Both the position numbers and the translations under genes were made by a program. Of a stretch of DNA of 64,000 nucleotides, positions 1-12,789 are shown one piece after another (positions within the stretch are counted from its first letter, which is position 1; every line of letters begins with the position of its first letter). Origin of the DNA: Phoronis australis (Eukaryota; Animalia; Phoronida). The DNA lies in contig NMRA01000033.1 in the NCBI GenBank assembly GCA_002633005.1, positions 11,342-75,341 of the forward strand, written 5' to 3'. The notes under the pieces are model-generated. The model was given only the letters and a program-made list of their open reading frames with translations. It searched no databases and was not told the origin of the DNA.

Positions 1-439
1 AAACTATCCTCTGATGTAGACCACTGACCAGTGGCAGATTTAAGGGGGGGGGGGGCGGCGGCAAGGGGGCAATGGCCCCTGATCCCATTCGGCAGTTCGG
101 GGGTGGAGTGCCTCAAATAGCTATAGCTGCAGAGATCTAACAGTGTGAAAATAAGAAATTCCCCATGAACTAAAACTAGTTGTTGGTCAGCTCAGCTATG
201 ATTCACTTGAGACAGGTAACTCGTACCGGTCGTCTGCGCTCGCTCTAATGTCAATATTCGATAGTTTTATAGTGATCCAGCTTCGGGAAAACTTTATTTT
301 ATTAGGGTCATTCTTTGATGGATTTAATTTGAAAAGGTGAGGTCCCGAAGCCCCTGGTATAGTGCCTTTGGGGCTGTTTCAAAATGCCTTGTTGAAATAC
401 AACCGGTAGTCCAATTTCTGGTGAATAGGGAAAAGGATA

Positions 440-700
440 GTGTGTCCCATAGATGCACACACTTCCTGAACGCCTGGTGTTCAAATTCAGTTCCCGTGGA
501 TCACTCAGATTCTCAGTGCGCACCGAGCCTACTGCAGGTTTACATCTTATTTTTAACGTGGGTACGTCAGTCATGACGTGCACGCGAATCAGGACAAGCA
601 ATCAATTCAGTTTTGAAGAACAAAAATTCATTGCTCAGTACTACTGGAAACTAAAAATACCAAGGAAATGCAAAGACAATCTTTTCAAGTAATGAGTGTA
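440..700 (+). mobile_element. Possible Tc1/mariner (DD37D/maT-like) remnant, N-terminal HTH fragment
   Basis: TAGTGTGTCCCA resembles the CAGGGTGTCCCA terminus. Translation FSFEEQKFIAQYYWK resembles the transposase N-terminus. Confidence 0.3.
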
Positions 701-1052
701 ATTTTATTTATTTGAGGTTTTTTAAAACGTTTTTTTTTCTATTTACGATTTGTGAATCCGAATTTAATCAATGTCTCGAGAGCTATTTTAGATATGCAAA
801 AATCGTTTATAAGCGTACTACCATTTGGGGATCGGATTATAGAGTTTTTCTAACTTCAGTCTGTAACTACATTCACTGAAACATCATCAATTTTTACAAG
901 ATCAGCTTCAAATTGCCAAAAATCATCTATTTCGGTGTCTAACGGAGCTCTACACACGGCTACCAAGCTGTATGTTGACGACAGTCTTCATACAGCTAGC
1001 TGGCTTTCTACCTCAGTATGTACATTTATGATGCAACTTTTGTAAATACATC

Positions 1053-1209
1053 CAGGGGCGGATCCAGGATTTTGAGTTGGGGGGCACGGCAAATAGAGTA
1101 ATCAAAAATTAGCCAGAATTTTGCCCTTCAGACATTCGCACCCCCGAAATGTCAAATGGAAGCTGGGAGAATTTTATGGGGGGCCATGGCCCCTCTAAAT
1201 CCGCCACTG
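1053..1209. mobile_element. MITE with 5-bp TSD (hAT5-like)
   Basis: Ends CAGGGGCGGATCCAGG / CTAAATCCGCCACTG, flanked by ACATC at 1048-1052 and 1210-1214. A related terminus (CAGTGGCAGATTTAAGGGG) is at 29-47. Confidence 0.75.
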
Positions 1210-2545
1210 ACATCTATTCATTTTGTGTGCTATACAATGTTTTAAATGCATTCTTAGTTTTCACTTTAAACTGAAGAATATTTGATTACCGTACTTTATG
1301 TTACGGCAGGGTCAAATGTTCTGGAAAGAAATTGTGTACTGCCTAGGGGAAGAATCCTACAGTCGCACATCTTAATTGCCTACTAAAATCTGACAGGTGA
1401 CAGAAATTCTGCTTGAAGCTTTGAACACCGTATCTTCAAGAAGTATTCTCTTGCGATGAACACTCGGTCGGTTCACTCTTAGGTGTACATGTAGCTATTT
1501 CCCCTCGGCGTTTCCCACTAGCTGTTACCCGTGCTAACTAACCATCGGAAATAGTCCTTTAGTGTAATTTAATTCACAAATTGTGGTCTTCACTTTCTTC
1601 AAAATTCCACCCTTACAATGGCGGCAATCCTACTGTATTTTTCACATTTTTGGTTGTTTGGGTCGAATGGCTGTGCTGTGCACGAATGTTTTGTGTTTTG
1701 TTTTTTTTGATGAATTTTGAATCTCAACTTCCATCGTGAATACTTGGCAGAGTCGGATTTACATGTATAGATGGACAAAGGGACATTAGTTTATCCCCGA
1801 ACTACTTCATGGAGAGAGAGTACCGTCTGAAATGGGATACCTTAAGAAGAAAGGCTAAACATCTTTAACCTTGGAAAAAAGGGTGACAGTGCATTCCACT
1901 GATGTAGGGAGTGACTCTTTCAACATGAAAGCCGGTTTCACGATTTCACAAAAAAGGAAAATAGAGGTAATCGATTCCAACATTGGACCTTTCTCCGTGA
2001 GAGGCCCCTTAAGAATCTGCCAATAAAAACACAAAAAGGTTGGCCACATGAATGTTATCAAAAGTCTCCTTCAAGGGCAGGGCCCCTAAATATGAAAATA
2101 TCTATATTTTCAAATAATTATCAGGAAATGCGCAGCAAGGCGAACAACCTTTCAACGAAGATTTGAACTTCTCAAGCAATTTACTTTATGCTCGGAATAT
2201 GTCCCGAAAATATTAGGTGCGTCGCAAGCTCCGTTTCCAGAGATACAAAGGAGACCGTGTATAGGCGATATAAGGTCATTTATTATGACTGATAAGGTAC
2301 AGAAATATGAGTGTAAAAATAACATAAAGATAAAATAATAATCTCTGGAAAGATGGGCAATAAAAAGCGCCACGAGAGATGTTGAAGACATCTCATGCCC
2401 ATCCGCAGGGACGCACATAGACAACAATTACATGGCCATCATAGCCATATGTGAAACCGGAACACTGTCCGAAGACAACCTCAATGCACTTACTATTCCA
2501 GAATACAACATTGCCTACCACACTAACGCCGGTAGGGGGTTTATC

Positions 2546-2809
2546 CATGCACGCACCCAGCCTAAAATATAGGGGGCTCGAATTTTTCGGTATGCGGACC
2601 TCTTACGGCAAATCAACGAGGACTAAAACAAGCGGTGCCACTATAGGTTCAGGCCTATGAATTGTGCCATCAGCGCCGAATTCCTTTGGCCTTTGTGCCG
2701 GGACTTTTGTCTCGTTTACTCAGACTTTTGTTTCACTGAGGCGGACCTTTTTGCCCAATTCGCCAAATTGGGGGCTCGAGCCCCCGAGCACCCCCTGTGT
2801 GCGCCCATG
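2546..2809. mobile_element. MITE, CATG-terminal family (copy 1)
   Basis: Termini CATGCACGCAC / GTGCGCCCATG. The internal GGACTTTTGTCTCGTTT motif is shared with 4405-4553 and, inverted, with 26453-26696. Confidence 0.7.
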
Positions 2810-2899
2810 ATCGTGTTTGTTCACAACTCCGTAAATTACAAAGGAATTGACAATAAAATTAAACAATCAATGAATAACTGTTGGATTGAGTTTCATGTC

Positions 2900-3570
2900 A
2901 ACCACAATTAAGAAAGTATATTAGGGTTTTTTCTATCACTCACCCTCACCGACGTCCCATGAAAGGAAAGCATTTTTCAAGACCTTTTCAGAACAATTGC
3001 AAGAACTCTCATAAACTAATAAAACAATTGTTATCAACGAGGATTTCAACGCAAGAAATAGTACTTGGTACTCAGAAGACAATGACAACCAAGCCGGTCT
3101 CGAATTATTCGATATTCTCCTCTCAAATGACTGTGCACAACTAATAAACGAGCCGACACGTTTTACAGAGTATTCACATTCTTGTCTTGATTCATGTATA
3201 ATCTCGGATTAATTGAATCCACTTCTGTTAAACCTCCCATTGGTAACTCAGACCACCACGTTATAGAACTCAACTGCGCACCTAAGGAACCAGACATTAG
3301 AAAAAGACCTGGAATTACCACCTCATTAACATGGACAAACTGCGCACCGACATAACCATATATTTAACTAACTGGACTGAAATTCTCAACAAAAGTGACA
3401 TAAATCAGTGACGCAGTCTTAACATTCACACACTCTACAACATACTAGATCCCATCAACCATGAAAACAATCGTGGTTTAACAATAAAATTAAGTCTGAA
3501 ATAAATAAACAAATAAACTGTACAGATCGTTCAGAAAATCAAATAACCCGTGCACGTTTAAGTGCTACAC
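2900..3570 (+). mobile_element. Decayed LINE (CR1-group) APE endonuclease region
   Basis: Frameshifted motifs DFNARNSTW, QLINEPTR, SCLD and GNSDHHVI. Confidence 0.8.
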
Positions 3571-3669
3571 TAAAAAGAACCGTGCAAAATGTGGGAGAAT
3601 TAATTAGCACTCATTCTGCAGAAGAACCACTGACGTCGCTGCGTTGTTTTCACCTTCCTCACAGGTTAA

Positions 3670-4300
3670 AGGCGAAGTCAACCTTTTTTCATGTCACTTT
3701 TAGCAAAAATAAGGTTCGTTGATTATCCCAGACACATTTTTCACTTAATTACAGCTTTTCTTAATTTGATTAATTTCTCGTCCTCTACTCCGGAAGTGAC
3801 GTTTTGGGAAGCAAGTTTCGCGCCAATTTCTTTTCATTATAGTCTGACTGTGAGAGCAGTCGAGTCAGTCATTGTTCAACCTCGGTTGTGATAAGTTCGG
3901 TCGTCGTTTGCTTTTGTTTACATGAAGTCAGTCAACATGCCACGTACGCTGTTGCTGCGCGTGCCGGGATGTACTCATTATCGTCTCACACGCGCTTTGG
4001 GTACCTTGCATCGCTTTCCGAAGGATGACACACTTCGCCGTACTTGGCTAGCTCGTTCATGTGAAGAACGCAGCGCTACCGTCCACGCAACATGGAGCAG
4101 TGGAGGGTTACCGAGTGTGTGACAAGCATTTTCCGCCGTCAGATTATGACAGATATGTACGCTGAATTGATGAAGGTCCCTGCGAACTTGACAACGCCTG
4201 AAGAAGGGTACCATACCGTCGCTGTTTATTCCCGGCAGCCAGTGCCCCGTCGCCAACTCCGAGAAGTACGTTTTTGAAGCGACTTGGTTTAGCTATGATA
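3670..4300 (+). mobile_element. Kolobok-like DNA transposon remnant with THAP domain
   Basis: Starts after TTAA (TTAA|AGGCGAAG). 3937-4135 gives VPGC...LHRFPKDDTLRRTWL and, after a frameshift, RVCDKHF (THAP C2CH). Confidence 0.6.
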
Positions 4301-4404
4301 CGCAAGACGTTCCAACCTGTTACATGAGTTTACTCAGCGGTGGAAATCAGAGTATCTTACATCTCTTCGCGAGTATCACAATATCAAATCTGGTTGCCAA
4401 TCCG

Positions 4405-4553
4405 TGAAATGTGCCTTCGCGCCGAATTTCAGTGGACTTTTGTCTCGTTTCCTCGGACTTTTTATTTCTCTGAGTCGGACCTTTTTGCACACTTTGCTAA
4501 ATGGTTCGGGCTCATTCAAGCCGCCCCCCCAAGCCCCCCTGGGTGCGCACATG
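4405..4553. repeat. Partial MITE, CATG-terminal family (copy 2)
   Basis: Aligns by eye with 2665-2809 and ends GGGTGCGCACATG. Confidence 0.7.
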
Positions 4554-5222
4554 CCACTCGTTGTTATTAGCTACATGTACCTCAAGCCCTGGTACATATG
4601 CATGTACATATTAATACTGTTTTATATCTTTTCTATAACAATTCATTTCCACATTTTTACTTGTTGCCCAGATGTAATGTTAATTCAATTTCTGAGCAGT
4701 AATGTTGTAGGAGGTCAGCGGCATGAAGTACATTATAATTCACAACAACCAGGCACAATTGTAACCCGGAGGTAGTAAAAGTCACGACAAGTATTTCGGT
4801 ATTTTGCGACGCCATGATAACCATCACTTTTTAACGGACTATTTTCATTTGAGTGGCTAAACCAATCTCTGCTGACTTTAGTGCATCTTTCAAAGGAAAT
4901 TATAATTCCTCGATTGGGAAATCCTGACGTTTCAAGCCTCGTCCATGCGCCTTTGTGCAACTTTTCAAAAAACACGATACTTTGACTGAAATGAGTACGG
5001 GTGAGTGCCTCTTTATTTTTGTGTTTTAGTCAGTGAGTGCATGTCTCAAAATGAGTCGGGGCAGAGACTGGAACCGATTATAATTTTGTAGTTTAACACC
5101 ATGCCACAAATAATAGGTGCTAAGTGGCGGAAACGTGAAGTTCGTGTTATTTTTGAGAAACGCTGTTTTCTTTCGAAAACAGGGCGCGAACCTTTGAAAC
5201 AATCCAGTGAGCGTCTTCTTAC

Positions 5223-5331
5223 CTGCAATTGCAGCAGCCTCTTTAGCTAACTGTTCTTCTTCTATATCGTCCTGAGTACGAGACGTGATAGACAGACGCG
5301 GAGTGTTATCCATTGTCTGGGGAGCTACCAT
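5223..5331 (-). CDS. Candidate first coding exon of an unidentified host gene (MVAPQTMDNTPRLSITSRTQDDIEEEQLAKEAAAIA, phase 1)
   Basis: ACCATGG Kozak context, preceded by a pyrimidine tract and AG. Ends at GCAG|GTAAGA. No stops, and I recognise no TE motif. Confidence 0.5.
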
Positions 5332-6164
5332 GGTTTGCTTGCAGAAGGTAAAGGAAGGGAAAAAAGTGACAATAAGTTGCTCGATGAGCAATTTTTGTTA
5401 GAAAAAAAATAAACAAGATGTAGCATTAACCGAGATTTAAACAGTCCACGCAGTGATTTGAACAAACTTAACCCAGTAAAGATGCCCGTGTGAAGATTTC
5501 AGTCACACCACGTACAGTATGACTGAAATTCGTACATGAGCAGATAACGTTCGCCACCGAGGTGAAATTTGAGGCTACGCAAATCAAATGCCCAAGGTCA
5601 CATAAAACACAGGTGACTGTGAAAGCGTACCCTGTCTGTAAAAGTACACGCTCACCAGGTAGCATATTCGTAGAAACCAATCTTTCAATAAATTTTGCAT
5701 ATCAAAATGTTACCCTTGCGAAGCCCGATTTAGCAAATTAAAGGCCCGGTGCTAGCGAACATGAAACAAGTTAGAAGTAAATGCTTAAATATCAACATGT
5801 TTTACACAAATCTCATTTTATTTTGAAATGCCTCTGAATCGAAAGTCGGGATTTGAGAAACGATGTCAAAAGTTAAACGATCAAATTGAGTCCTTTTCAA
5901 CATAACCTTCTGACCTAATTTAAAGTGACTGTATGACGCACCAGTCTTCTACGCATGGTTCAAGTGATTTTAAGTTGGGACTGCGACGTTTCATGAAGCT
6001 CGAGAGTATGGAGCAGAAAGTGGTTGTTTTGTAAACCAGGCGTTCTCTACAACACAGTGAAATTAAACTATTGCAAATTCCTTCGAAAACCTTTGAATAC
6101 TGAAACCGGCCAGTGGTGACTAGTCGTGGGTAGACATAGGCGACGCACATCCTATTGTAGCCTT

Positions 6165-6890
6165 TTCGCCAGAAGCTTTCGGCAAATTATGCCTTACACT
6201 GACTAAACTAGTCACGTTGCTGTAAGTACCTTTTGAGCATAGATGGACACATTAGGAGGCCCTTGATGCTATTAATTCTTTCCAAATCGAACAAATACCA
6301 CCTGCAATCAACGTTTCTTTCCAAATAGTCCTTCGTTCAATTAACGAAAGTGGGGAACTAAATCATTTCTGTTTTGTTTGCATCACGTTATCGTCTTACC
6401 AAAATTACTTTGAGGTGGTGATGTAGTAACATCATTTCTAAAATCTTTAGGTCTATTTACACAATCCTCTAGCTTATTAACATTGACCAACCGGAACGTC
6501 GCGCCAGTGTAAATAGGCTAGAGGTTGGTGTAAACAGACTAATAGATGTTATAAATCTTGTCTATACTATCGCATGTAAATTTATAAATCACATCGAGGT
6601 CGACTTCCATGACCTCGGGAGTGAGCCAATCACTAACGCACTACAGAGTTCGCTAGTGCTTTAAACTTGCCTGCCAGAGTCGCACCTCTCGTACCTGGAC
6701 AAAATAGTATGATCTGGTTGACGTATTGGAAAGAAAGTTTAATTACAGAAGTATTTGTTCGAGTTGGAAGAAATTAAAGGCATCAACGTCTTTCTGACGT
6801 GTTTCTCTGTGCTCAACAGTTACTTACAGCAACATTACTTTGATGGTTTCGTTAGTGTGAGGCATAATTTGCTGAAAAGCTTCCGGTGTA
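6165..6890. repeat. Degenerate foldback / non-autonomous element
   Basis: About 6170-6228 is the reverse complement of about 6821-6884 (AAGCTTTCGGCAAATTATGCCTTACACT). A central hairpin TTTACACAATCCTCTAGC...GCTAGAGGTTGGTGTAAA lies at about 6447-6533. Confidence 0.6.
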
Positions 6891-9349
6891 TGGCGACCCT
6901 ATGGGATAATCACCATATGTACCAGCAGCTGTAGTGCTGTCTACGGTAGAAACGAACACGAATGGGACAATGTGAGCGAGAACCTTACGGATGAGTATGC
7001 GCAACATGTGGAGGAGAGAACTCCGATATCGAAAGATTCCAATAATGAGGACGAAGACAAAAACATTGATTCGAGTGTTATCTTTCAGACGGATGCATTT
7101 TGACTGATCAGCAATCGACTAACACAATGCTACAGTGTACCACTACCATCTGACTCCATTCTTATCCACCGCTGACACCTAGTTTCATTTCGGTGCAAAA
7201 CCCGAATTACGACTATTAACGGATATTAAGACCGATCTAACACTGGAATTTTTCAAACAAATTATGTTGGACAAGTCCTTGCAAAATGTGCTAAGTAGGC
7301 AAGCGTGACTAATTCTTCGGACGGGTTAATGGACGAATGTGGACCTAGGCTGCGCGTCTTGAACCACCAATCCATCTTGTAAAGCAGTGAGCACCTGAAA
7401 GATGCCTTGATCTTTCGAGGCATGTATTCAGTAGACTTAGGGTAAAATCTCCAAACATGGTTTAGCATTCTTTTAAATTTTATTCTTATACTTACACTAG
7501 AGTTAATTTATTAATAATGTAATAATGCCCAAAATTAATCAAATAATATACTTCAGAAGTTTTTGTACCAGCTTTACATGTACGTTCGTGCAAATAGTCT
7601 AATCACAACTGCACACGTGAAGATTGACATATCCAAATTCAGCGTTTCGATTTATTACAAACCAACCATCTTCAGGGAGAAGTAGTACGTTATGTATACA
7701 TATACATATACGTGTGTGCGTGCGTGTGTGCGTGCGTGCGTGTATATATGCAGGAGGGCCAGGCCAAGCCGAGCTGCGGACACTTATCGTTGTTAACTTA
7801 TCTTTATTCCATTCCGTTCGTATCCGCAGAGCATTGGTAAAGTAATGACGTAACTGACCAATAGACATGATCAAAAGACACGATATTTCGAAACCTACTT
7901 GTATCATTCTCAAGTGGACATATCATGACGCAGTGCTACCAGCACAGAGCAAAATCTGCGTAACATACACAATGGGACACGGCAGGTGTGAAATACTGCA
8001 AACAATGACAAATGGAAGAGGTAACAGAAAAGTCAAGCAAATTAGTGTAGCGTGCGGCACGACACTGTTTGCTGCTCATTCATACGAGGCTTCTCAAATG
8101 CAATCAAAAGAAACCCCAATACATGCAATCGCAACACATCGTGTTTACCACAATTTCTTGACGGGTGATTTTACGTTCATGACATTGCAGAAAATGATCT
8201 TTGTTTGGCCCCATTCGGAAGATGCATAGACAACCAACGTGAAAAACACCAAACCATTTAATCAATGTAACATCGATTGACATTTGAACGGAGACATTCG
8301 TTCATAGGTCTTACAAACTCATTAACAACATTACACTGGACAACGGGGCGAACGTTCGCTTTAGAAATGTTATTTTTCATGACGAAATTGGGGGACTTCA
8401 TATTCCGATAATAAACAATGACGAGGTTATCATCTGGCTTACAAACTTTGACATTATCCCTGATGACTTTCTTTATGGCGTGTTTGTCTTGGAAGTAATC
8501 ATTGGACATAATATTTTTGTGAAATACCTTTTTGGTCAAACCGGTGCGATGGGCACTGGATTCACAATTAATTTTGGACACGAATCAACTAATATGTCGG
8601 TCTACAAAAGCATTGGTGTAGCTATTATTCACCCTGATTTGTTTATACGATCTATATATTGATTGAACACTAGCCAATTAAACGACACCAAATACGCCCT
8701 CTTTAGGAAGTTAACCACAACGGCGCCCTTATACTGCTCAGGGAACTCGCTTTTGGCGTATAGCAGTTACTGTACCAACGCTCTGTTGAATGTCGAACTT
8801 TGTTCTGAGGATACGAACGGAAGGGAATAAAGATAGTTTACAACGACAAGTGTTGTGTCTTTAACAAGTTTTGCATAACGGAAAAACGTGCTACCCAAGT
8901 ACAGCATATACATATACATGTACATACATACTTGTCGTTATATAAATAATGTTCATATGTTGTATCACCTATGTATTTTATTAAATTTTACGACGTTTTG
9001 TAGTACATTAATTTTCATGACAATTCTTACTGTAATTGCGCTCTTATATATGCCACCTTATATTCGTGTTAATGTCATTGTTCTTGGTTCATGTATCTTA
9101 CACGATAGCGTTCATGGTTTTAAATTTATTTGCCTTGGATGACTGAAGTCTAGCCAAAGTATAGCAACTGTTTTATTATGAAATGTTTTGTACAGTGTTT
9201 TATTTTATATACTCACATATTTGTGTTCGTGATGCCACTTACACTCGGCGATCTACTATTTCAACTGTCATCTGAAGAAAGAAATTGATGTAGACACAAC
9301 GAAAGTTTGTTGAACAAACTATCTAAGGCCAAGAACAGCTTACTTTTTA

Positions 9350-9372
9350 ATGAAACATACATATACATATAC

Positions 9373-9404
<32 letters not shown>
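9350..9404. repeat. (TA)n/(TATACA)n microsatellite; related TA/TGCG tract at 7695-7750
   Basis: Direct reading of the sequence. Confidence 0.9.
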
Positions 9405-9430
9405 TGCGTTTTGATTTGATCTGTACTACT

Positions 9431-9475
9431 TTTCTCTGAAGATGGTTTGTTTGTAATAACAGAAACGTTGGATTT
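9431..9475 (+). ncRNA. Minimal hammerhead ribozyme-like motif of a Penelope pLTR (degenerate inverted copy at about 7638-7678)
   Basis: CTGAAGA-TGGTT...AACA-GAAAC-GTT matches the core CUGANGA...GAAAC-GUH. Confidence 0.5.
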
Positions 9476-10404
9476 GGATATGTCAATCTTCAGGTGAGCG
9501 CTGGTGATCAGACTCTTGTTACTATTCTGGTTAAAAGGCAACGTTTTTCATGCTGGCAGCCATTTACCACTTACTGATGACATCGATAATTGCATAGGCT
9601 CTCGACCGGCTAAAAGACGGCGCAAATACAGCAGACGACCTTGTCTCGTTTCCAACTCCGAAAATTCTTTTTGAAGTTGATACATCCTTTAATGAAAATG
9701 TTGCGATAGAAAAGCACTGGATGGCTAAAGTAAATCTTTTGTGAGCTCAACTAAATATCTCGAAGACATAAAAGTAAGGGCTAGGTATCTTTTAGAAAAT
9801 ACATACATTCAGAAAACATCTATATAAGGCATACATGTACGTATACATAAGGAACACAAGACCGCGCTTGCTATATGTGAAACATACACGCACTTGCCTG
9901 TTTTTAATTACGAAAGGAAATAGTTTCTGGAAAAAGGCATTATTTTGAATATAGACGCATGAGCCTAAATAGTCGAAAATACTCTTTACTATGAGCCCTA
10001 CCGTCGTCTCATCCGGGAAATGAGGCAAATTGGTTCTTTTCTATGCGGAACCATTTGGAATACCTGCTCGTCCAGTGCTATAGAATAAAGAAACAAACTC
10101 AGTGACAATAAATGCAATAGTTTATAAACTGGAGTTGCGTATTGCAGAGCAGTTGAAAGGAGAGAGCTGGANGGAGGGAGGGAGGGTGGGAGCAAGGGAG
10201 GGGCGGAGTTAGAGAAAGACAGAGAATTAGTTATAGACAACGCACTTGTCAAATAAACAGATGATAAAACAGTATCCACGGTAATTCTCATTTATAAAGG
10301 AAAGGCACACTGGCATTGAATACTTCGTTAGTATTCAAAGGCCCAGAAATCAGCGAGATTTGCAATGGCTGAAAAACACAACTTGCTAGATCTGTTTTGA
10401 AACT

Positions 10405-10615
10405 AAACATCCTTCCTCTACCCCTCTCTTCGTCTCCATCCCTTTCCGTCTCCCTCACTCCCTTTTCATCATCCTCTTTCCCCCCTCTCCCTACTCACCT
10501 TTCCATTGCCCTCCCTCTTTTTCTCTCATTTTTCTTCTCCGTTCATTTTCACATTCCTTTTTCACCCCCTCTTCCTCTCTCCACTCAGCTCTCTTCGTCT
10601 CCGCCCCCACCCCCA
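10405..10615. repeat. CT-rich low-complexity tract (GA-rich tract at 10157-10225)
   Basis: Direct reading of the sequence. Confidence 0.85.
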
Positions 10616-10924
10616 TGGGATTTCAGGACTTTGAAAGAACTGACTGTTATTTCTTAATATCATGCATAACAGTTGGCATGACAAGGCGTATAATTTTATT
10701 AACCGAGCGTGAACTCTAACAATAACCCACCGCCAGTTCTTTGCAAAACCTCCAAAAACGACTGCTTTACTGAGTAAGGAACAAGTTGACAGCAATTTCA
10801 TAGCGACAAGTGGTTTAAATCAAAACGCGCATCTTGGACGGAACGCTACTTTAAAGCCTTTCTTAAACGGTAACACCAGTACATTTGATTCCAACAGTAT
10901 GTTAAGAGCATTACTTTTTCAAGG

Positions 10925-11760
10925 TATTAGTGTAGCCAAGGCTGTTCAAAGCCCCTTCCATCCGTTTCACAGTCAAGACTGCACTTGACAGGTGCTTGAA
11001 CCCCGTCCCTGCAACAGAAGCTTATCAACTTCGCCCTAGACCTTTCCACGATGCCTCCTACCAAAGACTTAGCAGGTGCTCGTGGACTGTCACTGCTGTA
11101 AACGCAACCATGGGCCTCATCGGCGAACACAGGATCGCACAAGATGCTGCTCTGCTGCCAGTACAAGAACTCGGTGAGAAACCAAATGTCACCATTGCTT
11201 TCAACAGGGAAGCTCGGGAATGACCTCCAGGAGTAGCCCAAGCATTGTGCCTTCAGCAATGGCGTGATCTTGGCGGTATTAATTCCATCATTGTAGCAAC
11301 AGATGGATCCTTCGATGGTGAAACTAATCGTGTTGATGAAAGTTCAATCTGGAAACCTCCCACCCAACTAGGGCGTCTTCCAATCACGCCACCCTCGTAA
11401 TATAGTGATCTGGTCTTTCGCACCTGGCCACGCCGGTGTCTCGATTAATGAGCGTGCAGATTACCTCGCTGGCTCATGCACCACCAACCAACCCCTCTGC
11501 TTATATTCGGCTCATGGTAAGCTGCTGGCTCAAAAACACACCCTCGAACAGACTTCGTCCCAACTGGCTGAGTTCAATGACGGTAGCCGACTGACACGCT
11601 GCTAAAAGTCACAAGAAGAGTTTTGCCCGAGTGTTGTCAAATCAGATGCTGACAGGCAACGTCAGCCCTGGAGTTCTGTGCCTTCTGCTGTCACGGGGAT
11701 GGTTTGGGGAGGGAATTAATGCACCAGCATATTCCCTATGACCCTGTCCGTGACAGGTAT
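10925..11760 (+). mobile_element. 3' fragment of an RNase H-bearing LINE (I-group/Ingi-like)
   Basis: RNase H motifs VATDGSFD (about 11293) and VIWSFAPGHAGVSINERADYLA (11405-11470). Confidence 0.75.
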
Positions 11761-12789
11761 TACATGTATATATTACAGTTAAGAGCATCGCTCTGAGCCC
11801 TCTGGTGCCATAAATTGTCAAATGTAACGAACTGTTAGGCATTTGACTTGCTTTTGCCTACGACACCGAGAGAATCACCGTTTAATTCAAACAGCTAATA
11901 ATAACACCCACACGCCCTATTCAGACACATATACACTACAACTGTTATCGGCCTGAAATCTCGCAGTGATACAATATGACACGAAAAAGAACTGCACCTA
12001 TCATTTGACGGGTCTACATTTGCGGGACTGAATTCGCGTTTTCTTATTTTACTAAGGCTTTGCTTGGACTACCTGGTTAGCCCAATACTCTAAAGTAACA
12101 AAATTCTGTTGACGTTAGGCTTTAAATGGAAAGGGTTGCTTACGTACAGAAAACAAGGTCCGTGAGAACTTACCAAATTCTTTACCCATTCCGATTTCTG
12201 CGTGTGTCGTGAAGTTGATAAAAGTGGGATGTGGAACTGGTACGCAGTTCATAATGTCCCTGAAATAGTAGAAGCTGGGTTTAAATATTTTTGACAAATG
12301 TAACCTCGTCTGAGTTCTGCATAAGCATTTATGCGAGACCGGAAGCAAGTCATATAAACATGGCTAACCTCATTATTTTTATATCTTAAGAAATGTATAT
12401 TTTTCCTCAAAAGTAGAATACCCGCCAAAATCCCTTGTTGCATTAAATCCAAGTTCTCAAGGAGTCGCTTACACCTATCCACTTCCAATACTAAACTCGG
12501 AGAAGAAACATGATTATTGGATGATGCTATTTATAGAGTATCCTCTGTTTTGATTTTGAAGGGTTAAGTTCGGTCAGTAAACCAACATATTCACATACAC
12601 ATGTATAGATATATACGCACGCACACAGGTATACGCACACGCACACACACGCATAGAGACATGCAATTTGTTAAACACAGCAATGTTTATGATTAACGTC
12701 TTCACTTTAGTTCTTTGTATCTCAACAATATTCGCCAGAGCTCTCTGTAGCTAAGGAGTACTGCTCACTATCATAAATTATCATAAATG

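Larger units (their letters stand above)
7596..9515 (-). mobile_element. Penelope-like fragment with inverted pseudo-LTRs
   Basis: 8258-8660 gives CNVVNEFVRP...C...YID (decayed GIY-YIG start). Inverted pairs 7596-7688/9422-9515 and 7780-7833/8801-8853. Confidence 0.7.

Noticed and set aside
6900-7450. Possible transposase C-terminal remnant (YVGQVL...RGMYSV)
   Set aside because: Too degenerate to assign without a search.
10397-10657. Ser/Pro/Leu-rich ORF
   Set aside because: It is the translation of a CT-rich low-complexity tract.
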